Source: a virus (Duplodnaviria; Caudoviricetes). From it: DNA of 46,523 nt. Of the stretch, positions 1 through 8,970 are shown piece after piece. Under the pieces are notes generated by a model. That model did no database searches, was not told the DNA's origin, and was given only the letters and a program-made list of their open reading frames with translations. The stretch lies in IMG/VR virus record IMGVR_UViG_3300037790_000021, positions 1-46,523 of that record; one strand, given 5' to 3'. A program made the position numbers and the translations under genes. How positions within the stretch are numbered: position 1 is the stretch's first letter; every line of letters starts with the position of its first letter.

Positions 1-145
1 ACCAGCGGCAGCACCTGCACCAGCGGCAGCACCTGCACCAGCGGCAGCACCTGCACCAGCGGCAGCACCTGCACCAGCGGCAGCACCTGCACCAGCGGCA
101 GCACCTGCACCAGCGGCAGCACCTGCACCAGCGGCAGCACCTGCA
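1..145 (+). repeat. 18-bp tandem repeat GCACCTGCACCAGCGGCA (APAPAA), about 8 units
   Basis: Seen directly; identical to the repeat at 46417-46523. Confidence 0.97.
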
Positions 146-265
146 ACTGGCACAGTGCGAATGAAAGCTGACAGCCCATACACATACGAACAATTGGTTG
201 CGGCAAGCTATACAGATCAGCAGATGATTGATTCTGGCTACGCTGAACCAGACTTCACCCGTTAA
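1..265 (+). CDS. 3' end of DUF2815-family single-stranded DNA-binding protein (continues from 45631 across the contig junction)
   Basis: Frame 2 reads (APAPAA)n-TGTVRMKADSPYTYEQLVAASYTDQQMIDSGYAEPDFTR, with stop TAA at 263-265; same repeat and reading phase as the ORF running off the right end. Confidence 0.85.
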   Translation, partial: PAAAPAPAAAPAPAAAPAPAAAPAPAAAPAPAAAPAPAAAPAPAAAPATGTVRMKADSPYTYEQLVAASYTDQQMIDSGYAEPDFTR

Positions 266-270
266 TCAGT

Positions 271-693
271 ATGGCTACCCCTGAACAGGTAGCACAGGAC
301 GATGTAGAATTAGCTGCACCGTCCTGTAACTGTAGGCTACTAAGGAACAACTCAGGTGCTTTGAAAGACAGCGAAGGGCGCACTGTACGCTTTGGTCTTG
401 GTAACATTTCCAAACGTGTTAACGACCAATCAAAATCGTCTGACTTGATAGGCATAACTGAGGTAGTGATAACCCCTGAAATGGTAGGTAAGAAGGTTGG
501 AATCTTCACCGCTATCGAAGTTAAACCACCGGGCTTTAAAGTTCGTGAAACATACCCCCCTAAATCGCGTGAAGCAGCACAGGAACGTTTTTTACAATTC
601 GTAAGGGGTAAGGGTGGCTTTGGTGGATTCGCAACGTCTGGTGACGATTTAAGGCACGTAATAAACCATTTCATAAACTGGTTGAAGTCATAA
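271..693 (+). CDS. VRR-NUC domain nuclease (Holliday junction resolvase-like)
   Basis: RNNSGA...VRFGL...SSDLIG...FTAIEVK...QERFLQFVRGKGGFGGFA, a PD-(D/E)XK pattern typical of phage VRR-NUC proteins. Confidence 0.85.
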   Translation: MATPEQVAQDDVELAAPSCNCRLLRNNSGALKDSEGRTVRFGLGNISKRVNDQSKSSDLIGITEVVITPEMVGKKVGIFTAIEVKPPGFKVRETYPPKSREAAQERFLQFVRGKGGFGGFATSGDDLRHVINHFINWLKS

Positions 694-944
694 TGATTAC
701 GGAAAAGAAAATACTACGGGAAGTAGAGCGCTATAAATCTACAGACCGCATAATTGCAATGAAGAAGCGACAGCACAGTTTTCGCGAACTGGTAGACGTA
801 CACGGATTTAATAAGGTTGCATTGGCATCTGGTCTTACTGTTACAACGTTACGACAGTACTTACGTACCCAATCACCCAACATAGGATATGAACCACTAG
901 CACAGGCACAGGCTGTATTCGGGAAGTTCAAATTAAATTCGTAG
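693..944 (+). CDS. small helix-turn-helix DNA-binding protein
   Basis: GFNKVALASGLTVTTLRQYL HTH-like pattern; directly upstream of the primase. Confidence 0.6.
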   Translation: MITEKKILREVERYKSTDRIIAMKKRQHSFRELVDVHGFNKVALASGLTVTTLRQYLRTQSPNIGYEPLAQAQAVFGKFKLNS

Positions 945-951
945 GTTCAAT

Positions 952-3318
952 ATGGCGCAGTATTTTGAAGAACACGCTGTTGCCTTCGTTGAACAATTGA
1001 CTGGAAGTAAGGACGCAGTATGTCATTTTCAGTTATTTTACGACCCGAAGGACGGCAGTAAAAGACGCGACTTGGCAAGAGATTTCGCAGGAAGTCTAAA
1101 GCAAGCCAAGCCAACTATTGAACGCGCAGAAGCAAATTTACAGGGGGTATACGTATGTCTTAACGAAACAGATCGCAAAGGTCGCGAAACTCACAACATT
1201 ACAAAAATCAGAGCGTGCTTTGCTGACTTCGACAATCAGGTTGAACCTAACTGGCCTGTACCACCACATTTCGTTACCAAACGTGACGACACGCACGGTC
1301 ACGCTTTCTGGCTGGTGGACGATATTGAAGTTGACGAATTCATGTACGTACAGCGTCAAATTGCTATGTCTTGCCAAACAGACCTACAGGTAATTGACCC
1401 TGCACGTGTTGTTCGCCTACCCGGTACGCTTCACCTCAAAGACCCCCAACACCCTAAAGTATATTCGTTGGTCAAGGTTAATGCTATTGGTCGTAAGTAT
1501 ACAAAACAGGAACTGATTAACTGTTTCGTACTTACTGAACAGCAGCAGCTTGATTATCGTAAGTGGTGTGACAGTCGTGAATCACTTGGTAATGGTACTG
1601 GTTTTGAAGACAATCAGCTTTACCGTGACAAGTATGTGAAGTTCCTGACTGAACACGCAGAACCAGCGATTGAAGGTTCAGGGTCTGCAACATTAATCAG
1701 GGTGACCAGCTACGCACACGACCACGGTTTGCCGTTGGAAGTTGCACAGGACTTAGCGTGGGAACACTACAACCCCCGTTGTATTCCACCGTGGTCAGAA
1801 TCTGAACGTGGCAGCTTTGACGCTATCATTGAACGTGCTTATAAGTACGCACGCAATGAACCGGGCTGTAGAACCGCACAGGCAGCTTTCATTGACGCAC
1901 CTGAAATACCCCCTGCCCCTAAGCGTAAAGTCATTGACATTGTACGTACAGGTGACAGGTGGCCTAAAGACGTGGGCGAAACTAACTGGCCTCTTATGAC
2001 CGCTAAGTCTGCTCACTATGAATTAGCGCAGTGCTTCGACGCTATGCTGTATGACGGTACTAACATCATTCGCTGCAACAAGATATTCTACGAATACAGC
2101 GGTAAGTCTTGGTCTGTCATTAGTGACGATGTTATCAAGGCCAAAATCCAGCGTATGCTTGCCAAGTTCAAACCGTCTGACACGTTGGTACGTGGTGTTC
2201 TTAATTCACTGTGTGACCTGTGTAACGTTAGTCGTGTTGAAAACGGTATATGGCTGTCTGACGGTAAGCCAACTGACAACGTTGTGTGCTTTAACAACGG
2301 CTTGGTTGACCTATCTGAGAACAAGGCTGTCATGGTTGACCATACACCTAACTTCTTCTGCTTCAACGAACTGGAATACGACTATGAACCCGGTGCGAAC
2401 TGCCCTATGTGGCTAGAAACGCTGGCTGAAATATTCCAGCATGACGAAGTGTTGATTACACAGCTACAAGAATGGTTCGGGTACTGTATGGCTAGTGACA
2501 ACAGCTTTGAAAAGTTCGCACTGTTCATAGGTAAGTCACGTGCTGGTAAGGGTACGGTTACTGAAATGCTTCGTAACGTTGTAGGTACGGCTAACATTGC
2601 TGCACCTTCTCTGTCGAAACTAACCAGTGACAGTACACTAGCAGGTATGGTGACAGCCAGTGTTGCGTTGATACCTGACGCGCACAGCATTCATTCTAGT
2701 AAGCGTGACGATGTACTGTCTAACTTCAAGGCAATCACTGGTAACGACCCGTTGGGTTATCACGTAATGTACAAGGGTAGTGAAAACACTGTATTTAAGA
2801 CACGCTTCGTGTTGAGTACTAACAACATGCCTGAGTTCATTGACGCTAGTGGTGCACTGGTAAATCGTATGCTGGTGTTCCCGTTCAGAACTTCGTTTGC
2901 AGGTCGTGAGAACTTCGGCCTGAAAAAGAAACTGCTGAATGAGGTTTCAGGCGTAGCACAGTGGGCACTTGAAGGGTTACGTAGGCTGCGTGCAAATGGT
3001 CGCTTTACAGAAGCACCTACAGGCATTGCAGAGCGTGAGAATATCAAGGAAGAAATGAACCCTATCGCTAGGTTCATTGACAACGTGTGTGTCGTTGATG
3101 CAAATGCGTTCGTTAGTACAGACCGTTTGTACGATACTTACTTGCTATGGTGTAGACAGCGTAAGGTGGGAAACCCACTATCGCAGAACAAGTTAACTCG
3201 ACTACTTAATGCTAGTGATTTACCTATAAGACAGGGTAGAAAGCGTGTTGATGGTGACAGAGAATATGGGTTCAGCGGATTGAATGTGGTGCAGTTCCCG
3301 GCAGTAAATGACGCGTAA
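952..3318 (+). CDS. DNA primase-helicase (RepB-like primase, PriCT and D5-like SF3 helicase)
   Basis: FADFD, HGHAFW and DPARVVRLPGTLH primase motifs; Walker A GKSRAGKGT; FKAITGND; LSTNNMP; RMLVFPF. Confidence 0.9.
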   Translation: MAQYFEEHAVAFVEQLTGSKDAVCHFQLFYDPKDGSKRRDLARDFAGSLKQAKPTIERAEANLQGVYVCLNETDRKGRETHNITKIRACFADFDNQVEPNWPVPPHFVTKRDDTHGHAFWLVDDIEVDEFMYVQRQIAMSCQTDLQVIDPARVVRLPGTLHLKDPQHPKVYSLVKVNAIGRKYTKQELINCFVLTEQQQLDYRKWCDSRESLGNGTGFEDNQLYRDKYVKFLTEHAEPAIEGSGSATLIRVTSYAHDHGLPLEVAQDLAWEHYNPRCIPPWSESERGSFDAIIERAYKYARNEPGCRTAQAAFIDAPEIPPAPKRKVIDIVRTGDRWPKDVGETNWPLMTAKSAHYELAQCFDAMLYDGTNIIRCNKIFYEYSGKSWSVISDDVIKAKIQRMLAKFKPSDTLVRGVLNSLCDLCNVSRVENGIWLSDGKPTDNVVCFNNGLVDLSENKAVMVDHTPNFFCFNELEYDYEPGANCPMWLETLAEIFQHDEVLITQLQEWFGYCMASDNSFEKFALFIGKSRAGKGTVTEMLRNVVGTANIAAPSLSKLTSDSTLAGMVTASVALIPDAHSIHSSKRDDVLSNFKAITGNDPLGYHVMYKGSENTVFKTRFVLSTNNMPEFIDASGALVNRMLVFPFRTSFAGRENFGLKKKLLNEVSGVAQWALEGLRRLRANGRFTEAPTGIAERENIKEEMNPIARFIDNVCVVDANAFVSTDRLYDTYLLWCRQRKVGNPLSQNKLTRLLNASDLPIRQGRKRVDGDREYGFSGLNVVQFPAVNDA

Positions 3319-3342
3319 AAGAAAGGGGGCTTCCTTGCCCCC
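3317..3342 (-). terminator. intrinsic terminator between convergent units
   Basis: GGGGGC-ttcctt-GCCCCC hairpin with an A-rich tract on its left (U-tract on the minus strand). Confidence 0.65.
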
Positions 3343-3372
3343 GGTCACTCTCACAGCATTACCAGTGTAATA

Positions 3373-3738
3373 CTATATCTTAGTTATTTCAACTAAATGG
3401 TAACCATCAGTTTTCGTGTATAACTGTTCGTACCTTCTTTCAAGTTCTTCTTCGTCCGGGCAAAGGTCAACAAGGTCACCGTCATTGTCAAGAACACCAT
3501 AGGTAATCTTTGATATTTTAACGTTAGGGCTGTCAGCTTCCACCATCATTAAATTAACAGGGCGAACCATGCCATAAGGTGCAGGTGACGCAGGTGCAGG
3601 TGACGGTGTATTTAGGTCAGACATTTTAAAGTATATCTGGTTCACGTGGTCAAGACCTTTACCTTCAACTTCGACAGGTGTAACCGTGTGCCACTTGCCA
3701 TTATGATTAACTTCAACTTTTTGCTTAAACATTTTCAA
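3373..3738 (-). CDS. hypothetical protein
   Basis: 121-aa ORF in a tightly packed leftward operon. Confidence 0.65.
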   Translation of the reverse strand: MKMFKQKVEVNHNGKWHTVTPVEVEGKGLDHVNQIYFKMSDLNTPSPAPASPAPYGMVRPVNLMMVEADSPNVKISKITYGVLDNDGDLVDLCPDEEELERRYEQLYTKTDGYHLVEITKI

Positions 3739-3913
3739 TCACCATTCCAATGCTTACACCACCAGCGACAATGTTAACGTCGATTTCTTTAGGTGGTGGG
3801 TTAGGTAATGCCTGACGCTTGATATACACCGTAGACAGTGCTGCGTTGTCGTTATCGTTAGCGTAGACGTGAGTGCCCTTAGTGGACTTTACGTGTTTCA
3901 TCTTCATGCCCAT
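3725..3913 (-). CDS. hypothetical protein
   Basis: 62-aa ORF overlapping its neighbours. Confidence 0.6.
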   Translation of the reverse strand: MGMKMKHVKSTKGTHVYANDNDNAALSTVYIKRQALPNPPPKEIDVNIVAGGVSIGMVIENV

Positions 3914-4149
3914 TGCACCTCAGACTTGGTTTTAATAACGTGGTGCTTTTCAGCAGCCATTTCTTCTGACTTGACCAGATTGTCATTATCTAATGGGCAA
4001 GTGGTCGGTATGCGCCAGAAGCGAAAGTTAATACCGTCATATTCATGTGGTACTATCTGGTCGGTGCTGACGCAGTGAGGTATAGGCATACGTGGCGTAC
4101 CACCTACACGCATATTAGGGCATGACCCACAAGTGTATTGCTTATTCAT
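3904..4149 (-). CDS. hypothetical Cys-rich protein
   Basis: CGSCP...C...IPTTCPL pattern. Confidence 0.65.
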   Translation of the reverse strand: MNKQYTCGSCPNMRVGGTPRMPIPHCVSTDQIVPHEYDGINFRFWRIPTTCPLDNDNLVKSEEMAAEKHHVIKTKSEVQWA

Positions 4150-4363
4150 CGGCAGGTAACCTCATAGGTGCTGGTAACTGAGTGATACCCATAAGCGCAT
4201 AGTTAACACACTGCGTAAGGTACTGGCTACGAAACGACTGTATACGCTTGCGTGCCTGTGCAGGTGTTAATCGCGCACTAACATGACCATCAGGGTAGGC
4301 CACACGACAATTCTTACCGTCAGGTTTAGGTGCACCAGCACCGATTATTCTAGCTGTTTCCAT
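4142..4363 (-). CDS. hypothetical protein
   Basis: 73-aa ORF, translationally coupled. Confidence 0.6.
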   Translation of the reverse strand: METARIIGAGAPKPDGKNCRVAYPDGHVSARLTPAQARKRIQSFRSQYLTQCVNYALMGITQLPAPMRLPADE

Positions 4364-4695
4364 TAGAACATTTCCTTGGCTATAACTGCTGCAAGCACGA
4401 TGAATAAACCAATCAGGCCAAACTTGCAGACCATTTCATATAAAGGGTGTGGCCTTTCATCATGTTCACCCCCTGTTAATTCGAACGGGTAGGTTACAAG
4501 TGATATTTCAACAATGTCACTTTCCTCTATCCCAACTGTTTTACCGGGTAGCACTTTCAACATAGTGTTGATTGCTTCTACCGCTTCCGATACGTGCAGC
4601 GTATTACCGTCTACACGTACCGTCATTGTGCGGCATACTTTCTCAGGTGTTACCCCCGGTACATTTGAATAAAAGCTTACGTTAAATGTGTTCAT
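4363..4695 (-). CDS. hypothetical membrane protein
   Basis: C-terminal hydrophobic helix FGLIGLFIVLAAVIA. Confidence 0.65.
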   Translation of the reverse strand: MNTFNVSFYSNVPGVTPEKVCRTMTVRVDGNTLHVSEAVEAINTMLKVLPGKTVGIEESDIVEISLVTYPFELTGGEHDERPHPLYEMVCKFGLIGLFIVLAAVIAKEMF

Positions 4696-5156
4696 TAACT
4701 CATACCCGGATCAGAACCTTCCATTTCCTGAATCAGACGGTTAACAGCATCGTCTTCATCTTCTTCTTCTTCGCGTTCGAATTCTAGGTTTTCAAGTTCA
4801 CCTTTCCATTCTTCGCAACCGTCAATACGCTCTTGAAGCATTTGGCCTGTGTCACCTTCACGTAGCGCTTCTGGCATGTTTTCAAGGCTTTCTTCTGCCA
4901 TTTCTTGAAGTTCTTCAAGAGTCTCTACCATTTCGTCGCGTTGAGTACTCAGGTCTTCAAGGTTGTCAGCGAAGTCAATTTCACTCAGTTCATAGTAACG
5001 TGATAGAAACTCAGACTGTGTTAACTGACTTGGTTTAGGTGGGGTCTTGCTGTAGTGCTTACCCCCGTATCTGAATGCCCACCAGTAGTATGACTCACCC
5101 TTCTTAACGGCAGGGTTATCTTTACGCGCAGCTTTTACAAAATTAACCTTTGGCAT
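4695..5156 (-). CDS. hypothetical protein with basic N-terminus and very acidic helical C-terminus
   Basis: KKGESYYWW N-terminal motif; E/D-rich remainder. Confidence 0.7.
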   Translation of the reverse strand: MPKVNFVKAARKDNPAVKKGESYYWWAFRYGGKHYSKTPPKPSQLTQSEFLSRYYELSEIDFADNLEDLSTQRDEMVETLEELQEMAEESLENMPEALREGDTGQMLQERIDGCEEWKGELENLEFEREEEEDEDDAVNRLIQEMEGSDPGMS

Positions 5157-5160
5157 TGGC

Positions 5161-5916
5161 TTAAACCTCTTTATATTTTTCTAATAGTGACCAGAATTCT
5201 TCTGGTAGTTCTACGTCTTTAAGACGTTCTTCATACTCGCATAGCAATTCCATAACCTTGCCAGCGTCCTTGTTGCTCCACTTTTTAAGGCTGGTGCGTG
5301 TTACCTTTTCACCCTTGTCAATCTTTTCTTCAATCTTGGCTTCCGCTTCGAAACCACCACGATTAAGTTCTTCGACTACCGCAGCGAAACCAGCTTGACC
5401 GTCCTGTACTGCTTTCTGCACTTTAGGGCTGGCAGTTAGTAACGTTAGGTGATTCTTAACGTCTGACGCACTGCGACCAGTACGCTTGACGATTTCTTTC
5501 TGAGTAAGACCCTGACCGATAAGACGCTGGTAACCCTTAGCACGTTCGATAGGCGTAAGGTTGCGGCCTTGTGAGGAAGTAATCATAAATTATACTTCGT
5601 CAGCTTCGTCACCTACGAAGTTCTTAACCTCAACTGCTTCAACGTTGGCCTGTTGTGCAGCAGCGAAACGGTGGTGACCGTCAATGATTTTAAGACCTTG
5701 TGGCGTTGGTTTAACTACCACTGCTGGAACGTACTTACCAGCTTCATAGGCGTTAGCGATAGACGCTACATGCTCAGGGTCAAGGTCACGTAGGTTGTAA
5801 CCTTCTTCAACGTAAAGCGAACCTGCTGCAAGCTTCACGAAGTATGTCTTCTGAACCGCAATACCTAGTTCGTCTTTTTCATTTTTGTAAGCTGTAGAAA
5901 GTGATTTAGATTTCAT
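5161..5916 (-). pseudogene. ParB/Srx-like protein (ParB N domain plus HTH) interrupted by an in-frame TAA at 5590-5592
   Basis: GYNLR, VPAVVV and IIDGHHRFAA in 5590-5916; same frame continues ...DEADEV*FMITSSQGRNLTPIERAKGYQRL-GLTQKEIVKRTGRS (HTH) in 5161-5586. Confidence 0.75.
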
Positions 5917-5946
5917 GTTTAGTTACTCTTTATCAGTGAATGTAAG

Positions 5947-5977
5947 ACTATTATAACGGTACTATTACAATAGTCAA
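5947..5977 (-). promoter_or_regulatory. sigma70 promoter overlapped by two tandem 14-bp operators
   Basis: TTGACT-16-TATAAT on the minus strand; ACTATTATAACGGT and ACTATTACAATAGT at 5947-5974. Confidence 0.75.
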
Positions 5978-5986
5978 ATACTTTTT

Positions 5987-6901
5987 TTAAATTTCTTCGT
6001 CTTCTAACATTCTGCGGATGGTAGGCCACTTGTCAGATAGTGATTTAAGTACCTTCTGCTTCTCACGTTCAGCGTCACGTACCTTATCCCATTTGTCGTC
6101 GTCCACCAGCTTGCCTAGTTCGTCACGTATAAGGTTTACCAGAACGTTAGGTTCTAGTGCGTCAAGTTCCCACGACACACGACCATGCTTGCGGATATAC
6201 TCTTTAGCACGACTGTCAGTTACTTTCGCAGGGTTAGGTGGTGGCGCATACTGGTCGATTTGGTTCATGTTCAGGGCAATACGTCGAACGTCAACGTTAT
6301 AGCTTTCACTGAACATTTGCAGACGGTCTTCGTTGTCACGTGTCATATCAAGACCGCTAGGGTCATGGTCACCCAAATGTATCATTATAGGCTGTTGCCC
6401 CCGGTGTAAGGCACGCTTCATACGCTTACCAGCACGATAGGCTTCTGACGCTGACAGATACCCCTTACATGCCATGTGAGGTACGCCATACGGATAACAG
6501 GCTTTCTCTATAACGTTACCAAGTGCTTCTTTTTCAACCCACACTTCTACGTAGTAATCCTGTGACTTCTAGTAGTCGAATGCGATCATATCCGCAACAC
6601 CTTCAATAATCTTATCGTCGTCTTCGTTGACGTAAGGTTTGTGGTACTCACGGTTACGGTCTTCGATTGCTTGCCAATCCATCATACCAGCCATGCGTGC
6701 CTTGCTGACGATGTTACCAAGGTTCTTGTAGCTGCGCTCACTGTTATCAATCAAGTCACGTGCTACGAACTGATAGTAAAGCTGTCGTAACGTTAGAACA
6801 TAACCTTGCGCAGAGTATTCGCGTATGATGTTGTTCGCAGTACGTACCAGTGCCAAACTTGCGCCCTGCGGATTCCATTCTTTAAAAAATTCACGTGCCA
6901 T
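5987..6901 (-). pseudogene. Toprim-domain (topoisomerase VI-A/Spo11-like) protein interrupted by an in-frame TAG at 6569-6571
   Basis: N-terminal LTLRQLYYQ winged-helix part; same frame continues AFDY*KSQDYYVEVWVEKEAL...KGYLS...HLGDHDPSGLDM...RIALN...WELDAL. Confidence 0.75.
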
Positions 6902-7125
6902 TATTTCACCTTTCCTAGTCTTACTAATTCATCTACAAACTTTGCCTTAGTTCTTCCGCAGCCGTGGCACAATAGGTTATTGCACACCACGGTTGAATAG
7001 TCACTAGGGGTATATCTGTAGCCGTTAAATGCAGAGTGGTGGCATTTATACTGTGTCACCGTCCAGTTACGTTCTGCGATAGGTTTCTTACGCTCACCGC
7101 ATTTACAGTTAAAAGTAGCTGCCAT
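6901..7125 (-). CDS. hypothetical Zn-binding protein
   Basis: CKC...CHHSAF...CNNLLC; ATG at 7125 preferred because an upstream ORF occupies 7109-7252. Confidence 0.65.
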   Translation of the reverse strand: MAATFNCKCGERKKPIAERNWTVTQYKCHHSAFNGYRYTPSDYSTVVCNNLLCHGCGRTKAKFVDELVRLGKVK

Positions 7126-7252
7126 GTTTAGCCTGTAGGTAGTATTTATATGCCTGTTCAAGTGTGTAAGCCACACCGTAAGGCTGGTGGAATGAGCCAG
7201 AATACACGACCCATTGGTTTAGTTTCGGTATGTAGCGTGCGCGTGGTTTCAT
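7109..7252 (-). CDS. small hypothetical protein (47 aa, not in ORF track)
   Basis: MKPRARYIPKLNQWVVYSGSFHQPYGVAYTLEQAYKYYLQAKHGSYF; start overlaps the upstream stop (TAATG). Confidence 0.55.
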   Translation of the reverse strand: MKPRARYIPKLNQWVVYSGSFHQPYGVAYTLEQAYKYYLQAKHGSYF

Positions 7253-7614
7253 TAGTACTTAACCACGTAGTTAGGGCACTGACCGTTGTGATTCCAGCCC
7301 CTGCTATTCAGTGCGTATTCGCAGCAGGTGGATTCGTTTTTACCTTCCTCTTGTTCTTTCACCTTCTGGTCAAGTTCAGAACATACGGTTCTACCTAGAT
7401 TGGCTGTGCGGTTAGTGTTAGGCCAAGAATCAATCTGTTCATAGGTGAAGCTGTGTTCTACCTCGACACGTACACGTACATCGGTGGCAACTACTGCCGC
7501 AGTTCTGCGAAACACGAAGTCAACCTTGTCGTCGTGCAGTATGGCCTTAACTTCTGAACGTGATACGACAGCCAGCACCGTTCTGATTTTGCGTATGTTA
7601 TCCATTGTCAACAC
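7252..7614 (-). CDS. hypothetical protein
   Basis: 120-aa ORF with C-terminal CCEY...HNGQCPN. Confidence 0.6.
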   Translation of the reverse strand: MLTMDNIRKIRTVLAVVSRSEVKAILHDDKVDFVFRRTAAVVATDVRVRVEVEHSFTYEQIDSWPNTNRTANLGRTVCSELDQKVKEQEEGKNESTCCEYALNSRGWNHNGQCPNYVVKY

Positions 7615-7900
7615 CCCCGATAGGCATGTTTAGTAGGGTTTTCTGACGTTCCAGACGTTGAAGGTGTTGGTCTAGTGCGTGAGCCATTTCACGCTTTGCA
7701 ATGTTGACGTAGTAGTCAAGACGCATAGGTGCGTCACGCCATTCACGTTCGCGAAGCTTTAACTGGCAACCGATTTTAATACCAGTGGCAGTGCGTGTTT
7801 CAAAGGTAAGAGCGTATTCGTGTGTGTTAACGAAAAGTGCCACGTCGAACCCGGTCTGGTTTTCAAGACTGGTGACGAATTGGAGTGGTGTTGCGTGCAT
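7598..7900 (-). CDS. hypothetical protein
   Basis: 100-aa ORF with AGGGG RBS-like sequence, downstream of a promoter. Confidence 0.65.
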   Translation of the reverse strand: MHATPLQFVTSLENQTGFDVALFVNTHEYALTFETRTATGIKIGCQLKLREREWRDAPMRLDYYVNIAKREMAHALDQHLQRLERQKTLLNMPIGGVDNG

Positions 7901-7929
7901 AGGTCAAGACCCCTGTTTGCTGTAAGTGA

Positions 7930-7964
7930 GCTATTATAATAGTCACAAACAAACAAGTGGTCAA
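7930..7964 (-). promoter_or_regulatory. sigma70 promoter with operator over the -10 element
   Basis: TTGACC-17-TATTAT; GCTATTATAATAGT palindrome. Confidence 0.65.
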
Positions 7965-7978
7965 GACCCATTTTTATT

Positions 7979-8158
7979 TTAGTCTAGGGCGGCACGTACC
8001 AGACAGTCTTTCGCTTCTAATAGTTTGCGCAGACCTGCCGTTTTTTCTGCACTGTCAGGTAGTGTATCGTTCATCTGGCGTGCAACGTCACCGATAGGTT
8101 TACTGACCTTTTGCAGCTTTTCAGGCAGGTGTTCGTAGTCAAAATACTTCATGTTCAT
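7979..8158 (-). CDS. conserved small phage helical-hairpin protein, Acb2/Tad1-like candidate (59 aa, not in ORF track)
   Basis: MNMKYFDYEHLPEKLQKVSKPIGDVARQMNDTLPDSAEKTAGLRKLLEAKDCLVRAALD; TAATG coupling to the upstream gene. Coding status is strong; the family call is by resemblance. Confidence 0.65.
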   Translation of the reverse strand: MNMKYFDYEHLPEKLQKVSKPIGDVARQMNDTLPDSAEKTAGLRKLLEAKDCLVRAALD

Positions 8159-8694
8159 TAGTACGACTTCCCGTTTTCCTTGGCGCGGTTCTCACGCTTA
8201 TGGTCTGCACGTGTGGCGTTGAATTCCATCTTCTCACGTGTTGCGGTTTGCAGGTCAAGACCTAAGTAATCGCCTATTGCGTGAATGGTGGCAATCACAA
8301 GGTCACCGTTATGAACACCCCTGCCCCACATAACAATGTCGTCGATGATTTGGAACAACATGACAGGTACAGGTGGCTTGTTTTCTTCCATCAGACGCTT
8401 GTTCTGCGCAACGACTTCGTGCAGATTAGCAATCACAGTAGTCTTGTGATAACCCATCAGGTCAACCGTTCTGATTAGCGCGTCAGCAAGTTCTACTTCC
8501 AGCATTTTACGGTGGGGTAGTTTGTCGTCCATCAGGTCTTTACGGTCACCTTCCATAGCTTCTGCTACTTCGCTAACAGTGAGCATTAGCTTAGTCATGT
8601 GAATCCACTTGTCAGTGTTATCCCACCAGCCCACATTAACGTTATGGCTGTGAACACGTGACATTAGGTTCTGATAGTAGTCAGTAAAAATCAT
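8158..8694 (-). CDS. MazG-like all-alpha NTP pyrophosphohydrolase
   Basis: KLMLTVSEVAEAMEGDRK...DDKLPHR...EVELADALIR (EXXE...EXXD); KMEFNATR. Confidence 0.8.
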   Translation of the reverse strand: MIFTDYYQNLMSRVHSHNVNVGWWDNTDKWIHMTKLMLTVSEVAEAMEGDRKDLMDDKLPHRKMLEVELADALIRTVDLMGYHKTTVIANLHEVVAQNKRLMEENKPPVPVMLFQIIDDIVMWGRGVHNGDLVIATIHAIGDYLGLDLQTATREKMEFNATRADHKRENRAKENGKSY

Positions 8695-8706
8695 TTAACT
8701 GTTTCC

Positions 8707-8970
8707 TCATTTAACATCATTTAACTGTTGTACCGTTTCATAGACTTCTTTTAGTCTACGTTTGGCACGGTGAAACTCTTGCTGTGACAGGTCGTACACC
8801 AGTTCACAGTTTGCCGTAGGTGACCCATTAACATAGTGGGCAACTAGGGCACGCTTAACGTTGTCACTGCGTATGCTGGTAAGCGACAGTAACAGGTCTA
8901 TCTTTAGTTGTGATTCACCCCCTTGTAGCAGTGCGTGCACGTAACGTGTTTGACTTGGTTGATTACTCAT
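8707..8970 (-). CDS. PapB/FocB-family transcriptional regulator
   Basis: LLLSLTSIRSDNVKRALVAHYVNG resembles PapB-type LLIxISxIxSxxVIxALxDYLVxG. Confidence 0.7.
   Translation of the reverse strand: MSNQPSQTRYVHALLQGGESQLKIDLLLSLTSIRSDNVKRALVAHYVNGSPTANCELVYDLSQQEFHRAKRRLKEVYETVQQLNDVK

Noticed and set aside
1-145. Terminal direct repeats or telomeres
   Set aside because: The repeat is in-frame coding sequence inside the SSB gene; the ends reflect an assembly break, and a cos-like site lies at about 13790.
5161-6901. Genome-wide stop-codon reassignment (alternative genetic code)
   Set aside because: The two internal stops differ (TAA and TAG), both codons end many other genes normally, long genes are intact in code 11, and no suppressor tRNA was seen.
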